Below are positions 13,363 to 25,401 of a stretch of DNA of 64,000 bases, in pieces. The notes beneath the pieces are model-generated. The model searched no databases. It had not been told where the DNA came from and was given only the letters and a program-made list of their open reading frames with translations. Source of the stretch: Octopus vulgaris. Lineage: Eukaryota. Every line of letters begins with the position of its first letter. Position 1 is the first letter of the stretch. Position numbers and translations under genes: made by a program. The DNA is taken from NCBI GenBank assembly GCA_951406725.2, contig OX597814.1:78430001-78494000 (forward strand). Reading direction: 5' to 3'.

Positions 13363-13578
13363 TGGTTTTAAATTTCGGCACAATGCCAGCAATTTCAAGG
13401 ACGGGGCTAAGTCATATTAAATCAACCCCAGTGCTCAACTGGTACTTATTTTATCAATTCTGAAAGGACGAAAAGCCAAGTTGACCCCAACGGCATATGA
13501 AGCCAGAAAGTAAAGATAGACAAAATGGCACTAAGTATTTTGCCCAGCATGCTAATGATTCTGCCAGCTCACTGCCTT
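13363..13578 (-). mobile_element. tRNA-derived SINE family B (copies at 32740-33383 x3, 43389-43599, 61643-61847, 62625-62810)
   Basis: Head GGCAGTGAGCTGGCAGAATC.., central GCCTTTCATCCTTTC..GATAAAATAAGTACCAG, 3' ..CCTTGTGCCAAAATTTGAAACCA. Confidence 0.75.
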
Positions 13579-13883
13579 CATTCAACAACAAAATATTAAA
13601 AATTACACAATGTCTGAAAATAAAAGAAAAGACGATCATATGTGAAAAGCTTTTGGTCATAAGCCTTCTCAACTAAGGTTGACTTGAGACTAAACAAAAA
13701 ACAACAACAATGAAATATGCTTGCAAAATATACCAAGTGAACATATTTGTGTGTGTGTTTTAAGTGACTTTCTATGCTTCAACACCATATGATTTCACTT
13801 GCCAAATAAAGCATAATTCTGGTACACATAAAAACAGTATACTGGTAATCCTGAAGAGAAAGAAAATATTCAAAACATCTTAC

Positions 13884-14005
13884 TTGTTTGCAAATGTGGT
13901 GATGACCTTCTGCATACATTTCCGAATGCTAATAATGAACCCATCATGAAGGCTAAGAGGGCGATACCAACTCAATACATAATCTCGTATTAAATAATCA
14001 AGCAC
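13884..14005 (-). CDS. SNX13: Sorting nexin 13, fourth visible coding exon (PXA domain)
   Basis: Acceptor gtttttcattcacag|, donor AA|gtaaga. 122 nt encoding VLDYLIRDYVLSWYRPLSLHDGFIISIRKCMQKVITTFAN+AA, with the PXA signature RDYV..WY..LS. The next exon (expected SKEVDW..) was not found in 1-13883. Confidence 0.92.
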
Positions 14006-15217
14006 CTGTGAATGAAAAACAAATTATGAGTGTGTGCTGCATGTGCATCTGTATATGTTGATGTGTGCTTACATCAGTGCCTACATGCCTGTCATATTGA
14101 TTTCAAATTTTGGTACAGCAATTTGGGGATTGAGGTAAGTTGATTACTGTAAAAACCCATGTAAATTGTGCACCTATGTAATTTACACAGGTAATTTTCA
14201 TGATAAAATTTAAGAAAAGCTTCTACTCATGTAAAATTCACACCTAAAAGTTTTCAGAATTGCCAATATTGCCAGGGGAAAAAGGTTTTCAGTTTAGTTG
14301 TATTTAGCATAATTTCACTTATGATAAGATTTTATTAAATTTTCATTAAATACGAATAATTTCTGTTTAACAGGTATCACATTGAACGCTATTAAATTAC
14401 AATGTATTTGTGTTGTTTATAATAAACTTTATTTTACATTTCTTTCCAAGAGATTATGTCCGATATTTAGCATATTGCTGTATGTCTTCTCAAATCACGA
14501 TCACAGGAAAAGTTGTTGATAAGAATTACCAACAAAAACAAAGCTGATAAATATATGCACAGGTGTTGCAAATTAAGTTTAGTTACCAACAAACATCAGC
14601 TTGAATGACACTTTATTTGACTGACAGAAGGTGACCGATCAAACTGATTATGTAAACAGAACTCTTTTCCTCCTATTCTTATCAGAACCTTTGATACAGA
14701 GTACTGAAATTTTAATCCCTTTCACATTTATAAAATGTCAAGCAAACTTTAAAATTTGTCATTACCATTATTGTCAGTATGAGCAGAACTTATGAATCAT
14801 TTACTATAAAGGAGAAATTAAATATGTTGAAAATGCATTTGAATGTGGCAATAGAACCAATGTTCGAAACAGCAGAAAACATTTTTACATGCATACTTAT
14901 GTATATATGAATGCTTACATAAATGCATAAAGTTCATGTGCTCAAGAGCTAACAAAGCAGAAGATATGCATAAACACACACAATAACTATTATTGTAATC
15001 ATTTGTCATAACTCTTATGATTCTCTTTTAAGCACACAAACTTTTATACCATATTATTATTAGATATCCAGATTTGCATGCATTATTAATGAATTCTCAT
15101 TAAAGTGTGCAATTTTTCCATTTACGTATTCTGCTGACAATCACAAAACTTTCACCAGTTGTATAATTTTGAATAATCGAATAAAACAAAAAGGAAAAAA
15201 GGGTTTGTACTACTTAC

Positions 15218-15307
15218 TTCTTGCAATGCTTCATCAATTACACTAGCTCCAGTCATTCTGCGATCAAAATTGCGATACCTGCCGGTATTTTGCATTATGT
15301 TTTTTAC
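15218..15307 (-). CDS. SNX13: Sorting nexin 13, third visible coding exon (start of PXA domain)
   Basis: Acceptor tcttttctctgcattctag|, donor GAA|gtaagt. 90 nt encoding VKNIMQNTGRYRNFDRRMTGASVIDEALQE, matching the SNX13 motif DRRLTGANIIDEPLQQ. Confidence 0.92.
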
Positions 15308-15723
15308 CTAGAATGCAGAGAAAAGATAACCTCACAATATATAATCGATAGGATTATCAACAAATGATCTCAAAATGAAATTGCTAAAACATACTAAAAG
15401 GTCTAGTGAGACTTTTCCCTAAATAAACCCCAATACTTACATTTTTTTAAAGCTTGATACTGATTCTAACAGTCTCTTTTTGCCAAACTACTAAGTTATT
15501 TATGTGGGGCGGGGGACACAAAAGACACACAGAAATACACACACATAGGTGCTCCTTTCAATTTTCATCAACCAAATCCACTCTCAAAACTTTGGTTGGT
15601 CTGGAGCTATAGTAGAAGACACATCCCAAGGTGTCATGCAGTGGGACTGAACCCAGAATCATGTAGCTAGAAAGCAAACTTCTTACTACACAGCCTTAAA
15701 TAAATAAAAAAAATCAACATAGT

Positions 15724-15796
15724 AGTCCTCAGTAGGGATTGAACTCACAATCCCTGGTTTACAAGACCAGTGCTCTAACCACTGAGCTAATGTAAG
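15724..15796 (-). pseudogene. tRNA-Thr(TGT) pseudogene
   Basis: Minus strand TAGCTCAGTGGTTAGAGCACTGGTCTTGTAAACCAGGGATTGTGAGTTCAATCCCTAC. D arm and anticodon arm are intact with anticodon TGT, and A and B boxes are present. The acceptor stem no longer pairs and the T stem has a mismatch. Confidence 0.8.
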
Positions 15797-15968
15797 ATTC
15801 AAGAATAAATTCAAAAGATTCTAAGAATTTTCCATTCTTCAACTTACATTTTAGAATTTTAGTATTTACTTAATTTTGCTTTAAAGTTGCAGACTTCCCT
15901 TAACCATCTGTTCTTGTTTCAAAGACACTATATTGTTGATATATCATTGGGGGGGGGGCAAAGAGAAG

Positions 15969-16003
<35 letters not shown>

Positions 16004-16886
16004 AAATATTTAAATTATTGGCCAATTGCTTCAGAGAATGTGAGTTCATTTGCTACTGTAAATGTTTTACTGTATTACTAGACAAGATACTTCAAATTAC
16101 CTCGTTTACAGAAGCTGGGTCTTTATAATCACTTCGACTATTTTTCAAGCAATGAATCCCATTAAAACCCTCTAGACTGTACTATAACTACATACAGATT
16201 TTGTAGAGTAAAAACAGAGAATATGTAGAAGGTATGAATTAGAAGTGTTAACCATTTCAGTCAAACTACAAGCATCCAGATTATGACAGAAGTTAAGGTT
16301 AATTACCAAATGTAAGGAGTGTAAGATTTCTAGAAAGAATTTCTTTGAAATATAGTAGAAAGACTAAGAAAATGTTGAAAGAAAATTTCTCTAAGTTTCA
16401 GTGATCTGCTCATTCTTTGATTCAATAAAACATTAGTAATATTGGTGTAGGTGTGATTGTGTCTCTTGATTTCCCATAACTCAGCAGTTTGACAAATTGA
16501 AATTAATAAAATAAGTACCAGACTGATATAAGTATTGGGATCAATATGATTGAAGACAGTTTCTAAACATGGCCAGAGTCAAAAGAATAAAAGAATACCA
16601 AAAATAGAAAGAGAGAAAAAAAAGAACCAGAACAGAAAGGAAAGTAAATTCTTATGGCTTCTAAAATCTTGCCAGTAACTGATTTCCAATGGATGCTGTA
16701 GAATTGTGTCAGTGACCAGTTACAGAAATGCAATAAAATTGTTTGATACTTCATAATACACTGCACTATTAAGAAATGAATGAAAAATGAAAAGAACAAT
16801 TTTTCTGTGTTCTTAAATGCCTAAAATAGGCCTTGCTGAAGACAAATGCTTTAGTTCCAACAGTCTCGCAATTTGCCAAATAAGTA

Positions 16887-16931
<45 letters not shown>

Positions 16932-17144
16932 CACACACTAGTAGGATCAGTGCATTGAATAAAAATGCTTTGTAGTATTTTGTTCTGTAGCAATTATATC
17001 CTTTTATGTGCATTCAATTTTACCTCTCATCCTTCTCGATAAACTGAGTACAAGATAAGAGTACCATATTATACAAATACAATGCAACCTCCAATATAAT
17101 GCAACTCCACTGTCTGAAACCTAAGAGTTACAAATATATTTCAT

Positions 17145-17680
17145 CTTTTACTTGTTTCAGTCATTTGCCTGTGGCCATGCTGGGGCTCCGCCTTGAAGGG
17201 TTTATTAGTTGAACAAATCAACTCCAGGACTTATTTTTTATGCCTTGTACTTATTCTATCAGTCTCTTTTTGCCAAACCAGTAAGTTACAGGGATGTAAA
17301 CACACTACTCAGCTGACAAAAATGAGTTATACCAGTATTTCAAAGGGTCAGCCTTGTCACAGCCCGTGTCACACTGAATCTCCCTGAGAACTACATTAAG
17401 GGTATGTGTATCTGTGGAGTGCTCAGCCACTTTCACATTAATTTCATGAGCAGGCTGTTCTATTGACTGAATCAACTGGAACTCTCTTTGGCATAACCAA
17501 TGGAGTTCCAACGTGTGTGAATGTGTGTGTATATATGATGGGCTTCTTTCAGTTCCCATCTACCAGATCCACTCACAAGGCTTTGGTTAGCTCAAAGCTA
17601 TAGTTGAAGACACTTGACCAAGATGTCACACAGTCAGACTGAACCCAGAACTGTGTGATTGGGACACAAGCTTTTACACT
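17145..17680 (-). mobile_element. SINE family A copy with nested SINE family C fragment (17310-17512)
   Basis: Family A halves flank a segment matching the 3' part of 47358-47669 in the opposite orientation. Confidence 0.7.
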
Positions 17681-18895
17681 AGTGTACAATGCTACCCTCA
17701 CCACTAATTTTACCCCTGATATTTTTGTATTAAATTTCTCACATTATATAATGCAAATAACCATATTTTGTCAAATATAATCAACAAACAACAAAATATC
17801 TTAGAACATAGTGTTCCAGTAAGGCTGTAGTATAGTGATTGAGATCAGTAAACAATGAGTGGACAAAGATCAGAGTTGAGCTATCAAAACATTGTCTAAC
17901 TGCCCATTCTGTTGAGATGGAGTTTCTATCTCTACCCTTTTCACTAATGATATTTCATAATGACAGCTAAAAGTAGTACTTGATATTTAACTAACATTTC
18001 AAAGAATATCAGAAATCAATGTAGCTTGGTATTTTTACAATTCCACCTTTAGGATGATTACTTTTCCTAGAAATCAATATTCTAAGAATTTCATTGAAAA
18101 TCTTCATTTCAGTTTTTCTGCTCCACAGTTGGGATAATATCAGTAAATTTCTTAGATTTTTTTTTTTTATATTAGAGAATTCCATAACTAGATGTCTGAT
18201 TGAATTGCTTGACAGAGACCCGACAGTACTAAAAAACATTTAACTCTTTAGCATTCAAATTTATTCACATTGCTTTTAATTAATCATGCATTATCTTGCT
18301 GTTTCAAGATTTCAATGATGTGATTGTTTATTTTTAAGAATGATATTGTAGGGTCAGTATCAGAGGCCAGATCTACTCAGTTTGAACATAAAACAAGTAG
18401 AATATTTGGGCTGGATATGGCCAGTTCAAATGTGACTGTGCTAAGGGTCACTGAATGATCTTTTAATCTACTGCTGTTGTTTACTTTTTTATTGTGATAT
18501 CAATTGGTTCTTGGAATTTCATGAACTCATGCATCCAAGCAATAACTTCATCATTGCTTTAACATCCATTTATGCTTGCAATACTAGGTGTAAGTCAGGT
18601 CCACAAGTACAACACAGTACAGCCTATTCACTGCTCATTGCAATAGCTTGTCAACCTGTCAATATAGCCAAATATTTTGAAATGTCATAACACATACACA
18701 CATACAATGGGCTTCTTTCAGTTTCTGTCAACCAACTCCTCTCACAAGGCTTTGGTCAGTCCAAAGCTATAGTAGAGGACACTTGCCCAAAGTACCATAC
18801 AGTGGAACTGAACCCAGAAATATGTACTCGGGAAGCTTCTTACCACACAGCCATGCCCATATCTATTGTATGTAAATATTTAAATTGTAACCTGG

Positions 18896-18937
<42 letters not shown>

Positions 18938-19689
18938 GGTAAGAAAAAATGCAAATATATTTTCTGATTCACTTATGAATCATAGCTAGTTGGGATGAAG
19001 TGTTAGTTTCAGTTATTGACCTGAGATCATGCTAAGATATTAACACACAAAACAATTTTTTTTCCCTTGATTTGCCTGAAAATTTTTTGAACAGTATTTC
19101 AAATCTATTTTTTTATAGATATGATTAAGTTAATTTCAGTCACAGCTTCTAAATCAATATTTTTTAATACTCTTTCAATTATCATTAATGGCTATAAACT
19201 ATTTTAAAATCTACCCCCATCACTTTTAGCAAGCAAAAATTAGCACAAGGGCATTATTAAAGCTTTATAAATTTAGCAATTCTTCACACAACAGTTTTTC
19301 AAACCATGCTCACAATATATTTAAATTATTATGATTTTTTATATATAGATTCATATTCTCTCTAGAATGTCGTGTAATTTTCTTGGTACTTCTTTCATGT
19401 TACTCTGCATTTCACTTCCTTTATCATTTGAGGCACAAGTCTGGGCAAGGTTGTTCATGGAAGACCAGCAGTTGCATACCAGCCTTCCTTCTCCATGCCA
19501 CTGATGTTATCCAAGGGAAAAAGCAAAAGCCAATACAGCTCGGTACCAGTGATGTTGCAACTTATTTCTACAGATGAGTGAACTAGAGCAACATGATATA
19601 AAGTGTCTTGCTCAAGAACACAACACACAGCCCGGTCAAGGAATTGAACTACCTCATGATTGTGAGCCCAATGCCCTAACCACTGAGCC

Positions 19690-19723
<34 letters not shown>

Positions 19724-20957
19724 AGGTTCTCCACAAATAATGTTTTGAAACAACAGTCCACATTCAGTCATGTTAAAAAAGTCAATGAGAAAAATGATAC
19801 AATACAAAATGATAACAATGAAGCATCCTTTTCTTTGTACACTAATTACTATAATCATACCATCAAATCATATATTCTAGATATTCACTGATATATACAC
19901 AGTCTGACTTGGAGAACATGTGTGGCTCTGATTAACTACAGCAAAACAAGGCCCATCTAAGTCAAACTCATCATCATTTGAATGTTAGACCTATTTTGTT
20001 TTCTATAGCGATGGTGTCCCAATAAGGTAAATAGTTTTCTATATTCTACATAAAATTAATTCATATTCTCTATGTTGCATTAAACACATTATAAATTGAT
20101 GCGAAAATATACGTCTCTTTTCTATTCCAGCCTTCATTGAACCCTGTAGCATAAGTGGTAAGACTCCTAGAAGACCAGATTTGATTCTTGGCTGTAACAA
20201 TCCCCTTTCCCTTCTGAAAGTAGATACAAACATCACAACTCTGTTATACTGATCAGGTTGAATGTCCCTTGGTGGCATTCAACCGAATATAAAAGATTAA
20301 TCCATTAACTAAGCTATATCGGTTTCACTCTTACTGATCAAAGGTAACCCATCCAGGAACATCCTGCCTTTATGAATATCATAAATACATTATTCAATGT
20401 TCATTTAATACAGCAGGATGAGATCTAGGAGATTAAGCTATGACTTCTAATAAGTAGAGATTCTCATATTAGCTCACAATCACCTCTGTTTATAGCATTA
20501 GAGTGTCAGATAAATATCTATTCATAAATATTTATTCATAAATATTTATTAACTCGTCTTTTTGTTTTATTTAAATACTATATATTAATGACTTTTACAA
20601 ATACAACACTGATGAATCAATTGAATCCCATTAACTGGGATTGTGAATTAGTATATTGATTCATGTTTAAACCAGCTGAAAACACAACTGTCAGGTAAAG
20701 CACAAAGGAATAATAAGAGACAGGGTTTTTTTTTTTCATTTTGTTTTTTTTTAACAAAGAAAACTTCTGATAGAATAATGAAGTACATTCTTTTATTTAG
20801 GTTACCAGTCGATATTACTTGTGAACTGTCCTAGAAGCTGTAAGAAGTTTAGAGAACTTTTAGAGTTGTTGATAAACTAAGAGTTGTACCTGAATGAGTC
20901 CATAGCAATAATGGCCATATTGTCATTTTTGACAAAACTATTATTCAAGGCTTTAAT

Positions 20958-21147
20958 TCTTTTACTTGTTTCAATCATTTGACTGTGGCCATGCTGGAGC
21001 ACAGTTTTAAAGAGTTAAAGTCAAAGAAATTGAGCCCAGGACTTATTCTATCAGTCTCTTTTGCTGAACTGCTAGGTTACAGGGACATAAATACACCAGT
21101 ATCAGTTGTCAAGCGATAGTAGTAGGGATAAACACACACACACACAC

Positions 21148-21199
<52 letters not shown>

Positions 21200-21358
21200 G
21201 GGCTTCTTTCAGTTTCTGCCTACCAAATCCACTCACAAGACTTTGGTCAGCCCAAGGCTATAGTAGAAGACACTTGACCATGGTGCCCTGCAAGTGAGAC
21301 TGAACCTGGAACCATGTTGTTGGGAAACAAGCTTCTTACCACACAGTCACATCTGCAC
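20958..21358 (-). mobile_element. SINE family A copy
   Basis: Colinear with 7735-8133, with internal (CA)/(TA). Confidence 0.8.
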
Positions 21359-22489
21359 TAATTTTTTTAAATATGTACTTTTTTCCTTCTTTTCTCCACT
21401 ATGACTTGAAGGAAATTTTGCTGCTATTTCTAGCCAGTTGGGTCAACCACAACAAGGCTACATCATTAGCTCATATTCTACTTCAACACTTTTAGAAGAC
21501 AGCATTTCATTAATTGGTGAGAGATAAACGAAAATGTTGTCTGCTGAATGTACTACATGTTTTTTGAGATAATAATCAATACACTGATTGCTATGTATAA
21601 CAAAGAGCCTGTATGGAGTTAGTCACCTTGCTAAAACTTGCAGCCACATGTGCTACAAATAACGCTCTAATGTCTTCATAAAAGGAGGACACATTAAATG
21701 GCATAGTTTTTAAAAAATAAAAGGAATAACGGGTTTGTTAAATCAGGGACAACCCTGGACTGAGAAAATATTACTTATAATAAAGATTTAGAGATTAAAT
21801 ATTTTCGAAAATCAGTCACATGTTGAATGAGAACATATTGCAAAAGAAGGAAACTTACATTCCAATATAAAATTAAAAGTAATGAGCTTCTTTAAGAATT
21901 TATATTGTAACAATTATTTTTTAAAATTATATTTGCGTTGTCTTTTTCTCTTTTATCTTTTACATGTTTCAGTCACTGGACTGCAACCATGCTGGGGCAC
22001 TGCCTTGAAGGATTTTAGTTGAAAAACATCACTAGAATAAAGGGACATAAACAAAACAACACCAGTTGTCAAGCAGGAGTAGGAGACAAACACACATACA
22101 CACACACATACACCACACATGTACATATACATATATACATACACACATATGTATTAACTACATGCGGATCATTGGCAATTTTTCTCCTCTGTCTTCCTTC
22201 TCACTTGGACTTTCCTCTGTCTCGTTTCTGAAGAAGGGCTTTCTTTCCTTCCCTGAGCATCTGTCAGTACTTTGCATGTATCACATCCTCAGTGTGTTGT
22301 TTTTTTTTACTTGTGTTTTTCCTTCGTCTTTTTGGATTGATTAATTATATATATATATGTATATTCAAATATGAAACAGAAGCAGTGCCAAATCACAGCC
22401 GACCAGCAGATACATGAAGCATATACGTTCAGTATATATGCTTGATAATATACATATATTTTGATGGAAGTTTTAGTCATGTTGAACCC

Positions 22490-22848
22490 CTACGCATTTT
22501 TTCTCTCTCCATTTTTTCCTTCTCAATTTTTTCTGTTGAAGAGTCTAAGCTCAAAACGTCAAAGCCTTTTCTATTCTTCCCAAGTGTTGAACTAATACAC
22601 CTGCTTGTTATTCCCTCACCTGTCTTTGTCTTCTGTAAATTTGACCTATATATATATATATCATCATCATTTAACATCTGCTAGAGTTCAAATTTATAGA
22701 TAACAAAAGATGAAGAGATGAGAGAGAAAAACAAGCAAGTGTAATAGTTTAACGCTCAGGGAGAATAGAAAAGTCTTTGACGCCTGGAGCCAACACTCTT
22801 TGACAGAAAGGGATGAGAGGGAAAAAAATAGAAAAAAAAATGTGTCTG

Positions 22849-22850
<2 letters not shown>
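22490..22850. mobile_element. Inverted pair of Penelope-like pLTR fragments with decayed hammerheads
   Basis: 22490-22650(+) and 22685-22850(-) are mutually reverse-complementary. Decayed cores TTTCTGTTGAAGAGTCTAAGCTCAAAACGTCAAAG (22529-22564+) and CTTTCTGTCAAAGAGTGTTGGCTCCAGGCGTCAAAG (22775-22810-). Confidence 0.6.
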
Positions 22851-22893
<43 letters not shown>

Positions 22894-23536
22894 TTTTTCC
22901 CCACCCATCCCAGCATGGAAGGTGGACATTAAACGAAGATATATGTATGTATGTATACATACATACACACAAACATATAACAAACTTCTTTCAGTTTCTG
23001 TCTACCAAATCTACTCAAGGCTTTAGTCAGCCTGGTGATATTGACAGAAGATCCTTGCCCAGGGTATCATGCAAGGTGACTGAATCTAGGAACATGTGGT
23101 TGGGAAGCAAACTTCTTACTACACAGCCACACCTGCACCTATGTAAGAAAAGAATTTTTTTTCTATTTATGTATTAAAAACATTTAAGGGATGTGAAATA
23201 GCTAGTTTTAATAGCAGAACTCAAAGTAGATAACACTATAAATAACAGCATGGAGAATATTAGGTTGAAGAGTTCCTGGATAGAAAAAATGTCAAAGGTA
23301 GACTTCTACATGTTACTATTTATAACTTTATTTCAAGTTTCATTGATGTAACAAGTTAATTCATATCTTTTACTTTTTAAGAGAAGACAATTTTTAAGAA
23401 ATGTTTAAAAATCAAATGGTTGCCTTACAATGGAAATGCAACAACATTCATGAATTTTATTTACAACTGAAGGAAAAAAATTGACTAAATATTCAAGAAT
23501 TACTTCTTGTTGGATAAATATAAGGTATCAACTTAC

Positions 23537-23636
23537 TTTTGTTAGGCCTGGTTCCATGTATTGTAATCTAAAAGGATTCAGTACCAAAATACTCTTGGAC
23601 ATTTCACATCCATAATTATAAGCAATAATAAGGAAG
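23537..23636 (-). CDS. SNX13: Sorting nexin 13, second visible coding exon
   Basis: Acceptor ttttttctaattacag|C, donor AAA|gtaagt. 100 nt, phase 2 to 0, encoding (G)FLIIAYNYGCEMSKSILVLNPFRLQYMEPGLTK. Completes the hydrophobic hairpin and bridges the flanking exons in frame. Confidence 0.85.
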
Positions 23637-24140
23637 CTGTAATTAGAAAAAAAGATGAGTGAGGAGTTATTTAAATGTCAACTAAATCATTTATCATTAA
23701 TATTAATTTCTTTTACCATTTTTTTTTTCCTAAAGAATCTGAGATAGATCTCTAATAGTAATTACAATAAAGAAAAAAAAAGTAAATGAATTAACCACTG
23801 CAATTTTAATGTAATATGAAGTTTGACATTATAAGCATCAATTTGAGAAGAAAACAGCAACAGACTCACAAAAAGAATCTATGTCATATCTATCACTTTC
23901 TAGAATAATTATGTTATCAGCAGCTGTGAAATGTTACTGGTGAAGCATTTTTTTGTTTTCTATCTCAGATTGGTTCTTATAATATTGGATAAATGAATCT
24001 AGTTGGATATAAATATTTTCCATTTTTTATGAATTAATATCAATGAAAAAGATGTTGACTAAAGAAATTTGAGATTAATGGGCAATTATCAGATTAAGAA
24101 CTAGAAACTGTCCATTGCTTTAACCCTTTAGCATTTAAAC

Positions 24141-24448
24141 CAGTGGTTCTCAACCATTTTTTACCTTTGATTACTATTTTACTCTGGTGGACCCCCAAAG
24201 CCATTCGATGTTTAAAAACTAGTTTTATACACACTTCTTTCAAAATTCCTATTTTGTTTTCACACATTCACTTGTGTAGGTTGAACTATGTAAAATGTTT
24301 GAGGAAGAAACCTAGCTGCTTCTTGCAATAAATACATCTAAAGCAACATTTTTTCATAGATCCATGAAACATTACTGTAGACCCAGTTTACTATTTTGTT
24401 TGTGAGGACCCCTCAAAACCTTATATGGATCCCAATTTAGAACTACTG
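24141..24448. mobile_element. hAT-type MITE nested in a piggyBac MITE
   Basis: CAGTGGTTCTCAACC...TTAGAACTACTG TIRs with 8-bp duplication ATTTAAAC at 24133-24140 and 24450-24457. Confidence 0.75.
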
Positions 24449-24875
24449 AATTTAAACGAATCATATATGGCCCAAATATTCAACCAGTTTTGTGTTCAAA
24501 CCAACCAGGTTTGGCCTGTCAGACCTACCCTACAATATCATTTATGAACAACACAATGAAATGTAATAAAGGAAAAATAAAAAGTCTTTGGAAATTTTCC
24601 TTTGTATTCAGAGAATAGTTTCAATTACTTTTAAATAAGTGTGTAGCATCTGATATTCTGAAATTCAATCCATGTTCACCATAGATTTATAGACAACTCC
24701 TTAGTAGCTGAGAATTTCCTTGTAAGAATACAATGAAGAGGATTCTGGCTAATATGACTTTGATAGAGAATCAAAAGCTAAGCAACCATTCTTTAGATAA
24801 AGAGCTTCAGCTACTTGCAATGGTTAGTTGTATTTATACCATGGTCTTTATTTATATCTAGGTAAACTAACCCAA

Positions 24876-25401
24876 TTAACCCTTTTGATACCAACTCGCC
24901 TGAGACCACTCCTTGATTCTATGATATAAACTTCCTGCTTTAAAGAGCTCTAAATTAAAACCTGTCATCAAAATTTATGCTAATATATTTTCCAAACACT
25001 AGCTCAATAATGATAATTCCAAAAAAAGGATGAAATGGTGCTACACATTGCTACCAATGACTGGAAATATTAAGATCTTAATTACCAATGACTAGAAATT
25101 TTAAGATCTTAATAACCAATGACTGAAAATATTAAGATCTTAATAACCAATGACTGGAAATTTTAAAATCTTAAAGTGAAGGTAAAAGAAATATTAAGTG
25201 TGAACATTCTGTGCACCTTCTTCTTTACTCTTTGATTTAAAATTCAAGCCTCCAATTTAATTTAATCAAGAAGCAATTGCCTCACCAATAGATGACCACC
25301 TGGTATATAGAACTGTATTTTACTAAATTTTTCCTTATTTGAAGAATTAAGTGAAACAATGGCAGTGTACTTGAATAGAAATATGGTAACAGCAGGGTTA
25401 T
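24876..25401. mobile_element. piggyBac-type MITE family B with internal insertion (uninterrupted copy at 12760-12985)
   Basis: TTAA-CCCTTTTGATACC...GGTAACA..AGGG-TTA termini. The body matches 12760-12985 except for ~300 bp of extra sequence at ~25015-25315. Confidence 0.65.
25053..25174. repeat. 31-bp minisatellite, 4 copies
   Basis: Units ACCAATGACTGGAAATATTAAGATCTTAAT(T/A) start at 25053, 25084, 25115 and 25146. Confidence 0.95.

Noticed and set aside
16101-16176. Possible alternative SNX13 exon (phase 2 to 0, LEGFNGIHCLKNSRSDYKDPASVNE, donor GAG|gtaatt)
   Set aside because: The acceptor lacks a polypyrimidine tract and has competing AGs. The peptide lacks the hydrophobic stretch supplied by 23537-23636.
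20605-20645. CTGATGA..GAA-TCCCA/TGGGA hammerhead-like string
   Set aside because: Missing one core A and the cleavage nucleotide, with negligible stem II. Compatible with chance.
25053-25174. CRISPR-like appearance of regularly spaced palindromic 31-bp repeats
   Set aside because: The repeats are contiguous with no spacers, the context is eukaryotic, and there are no cas genes.
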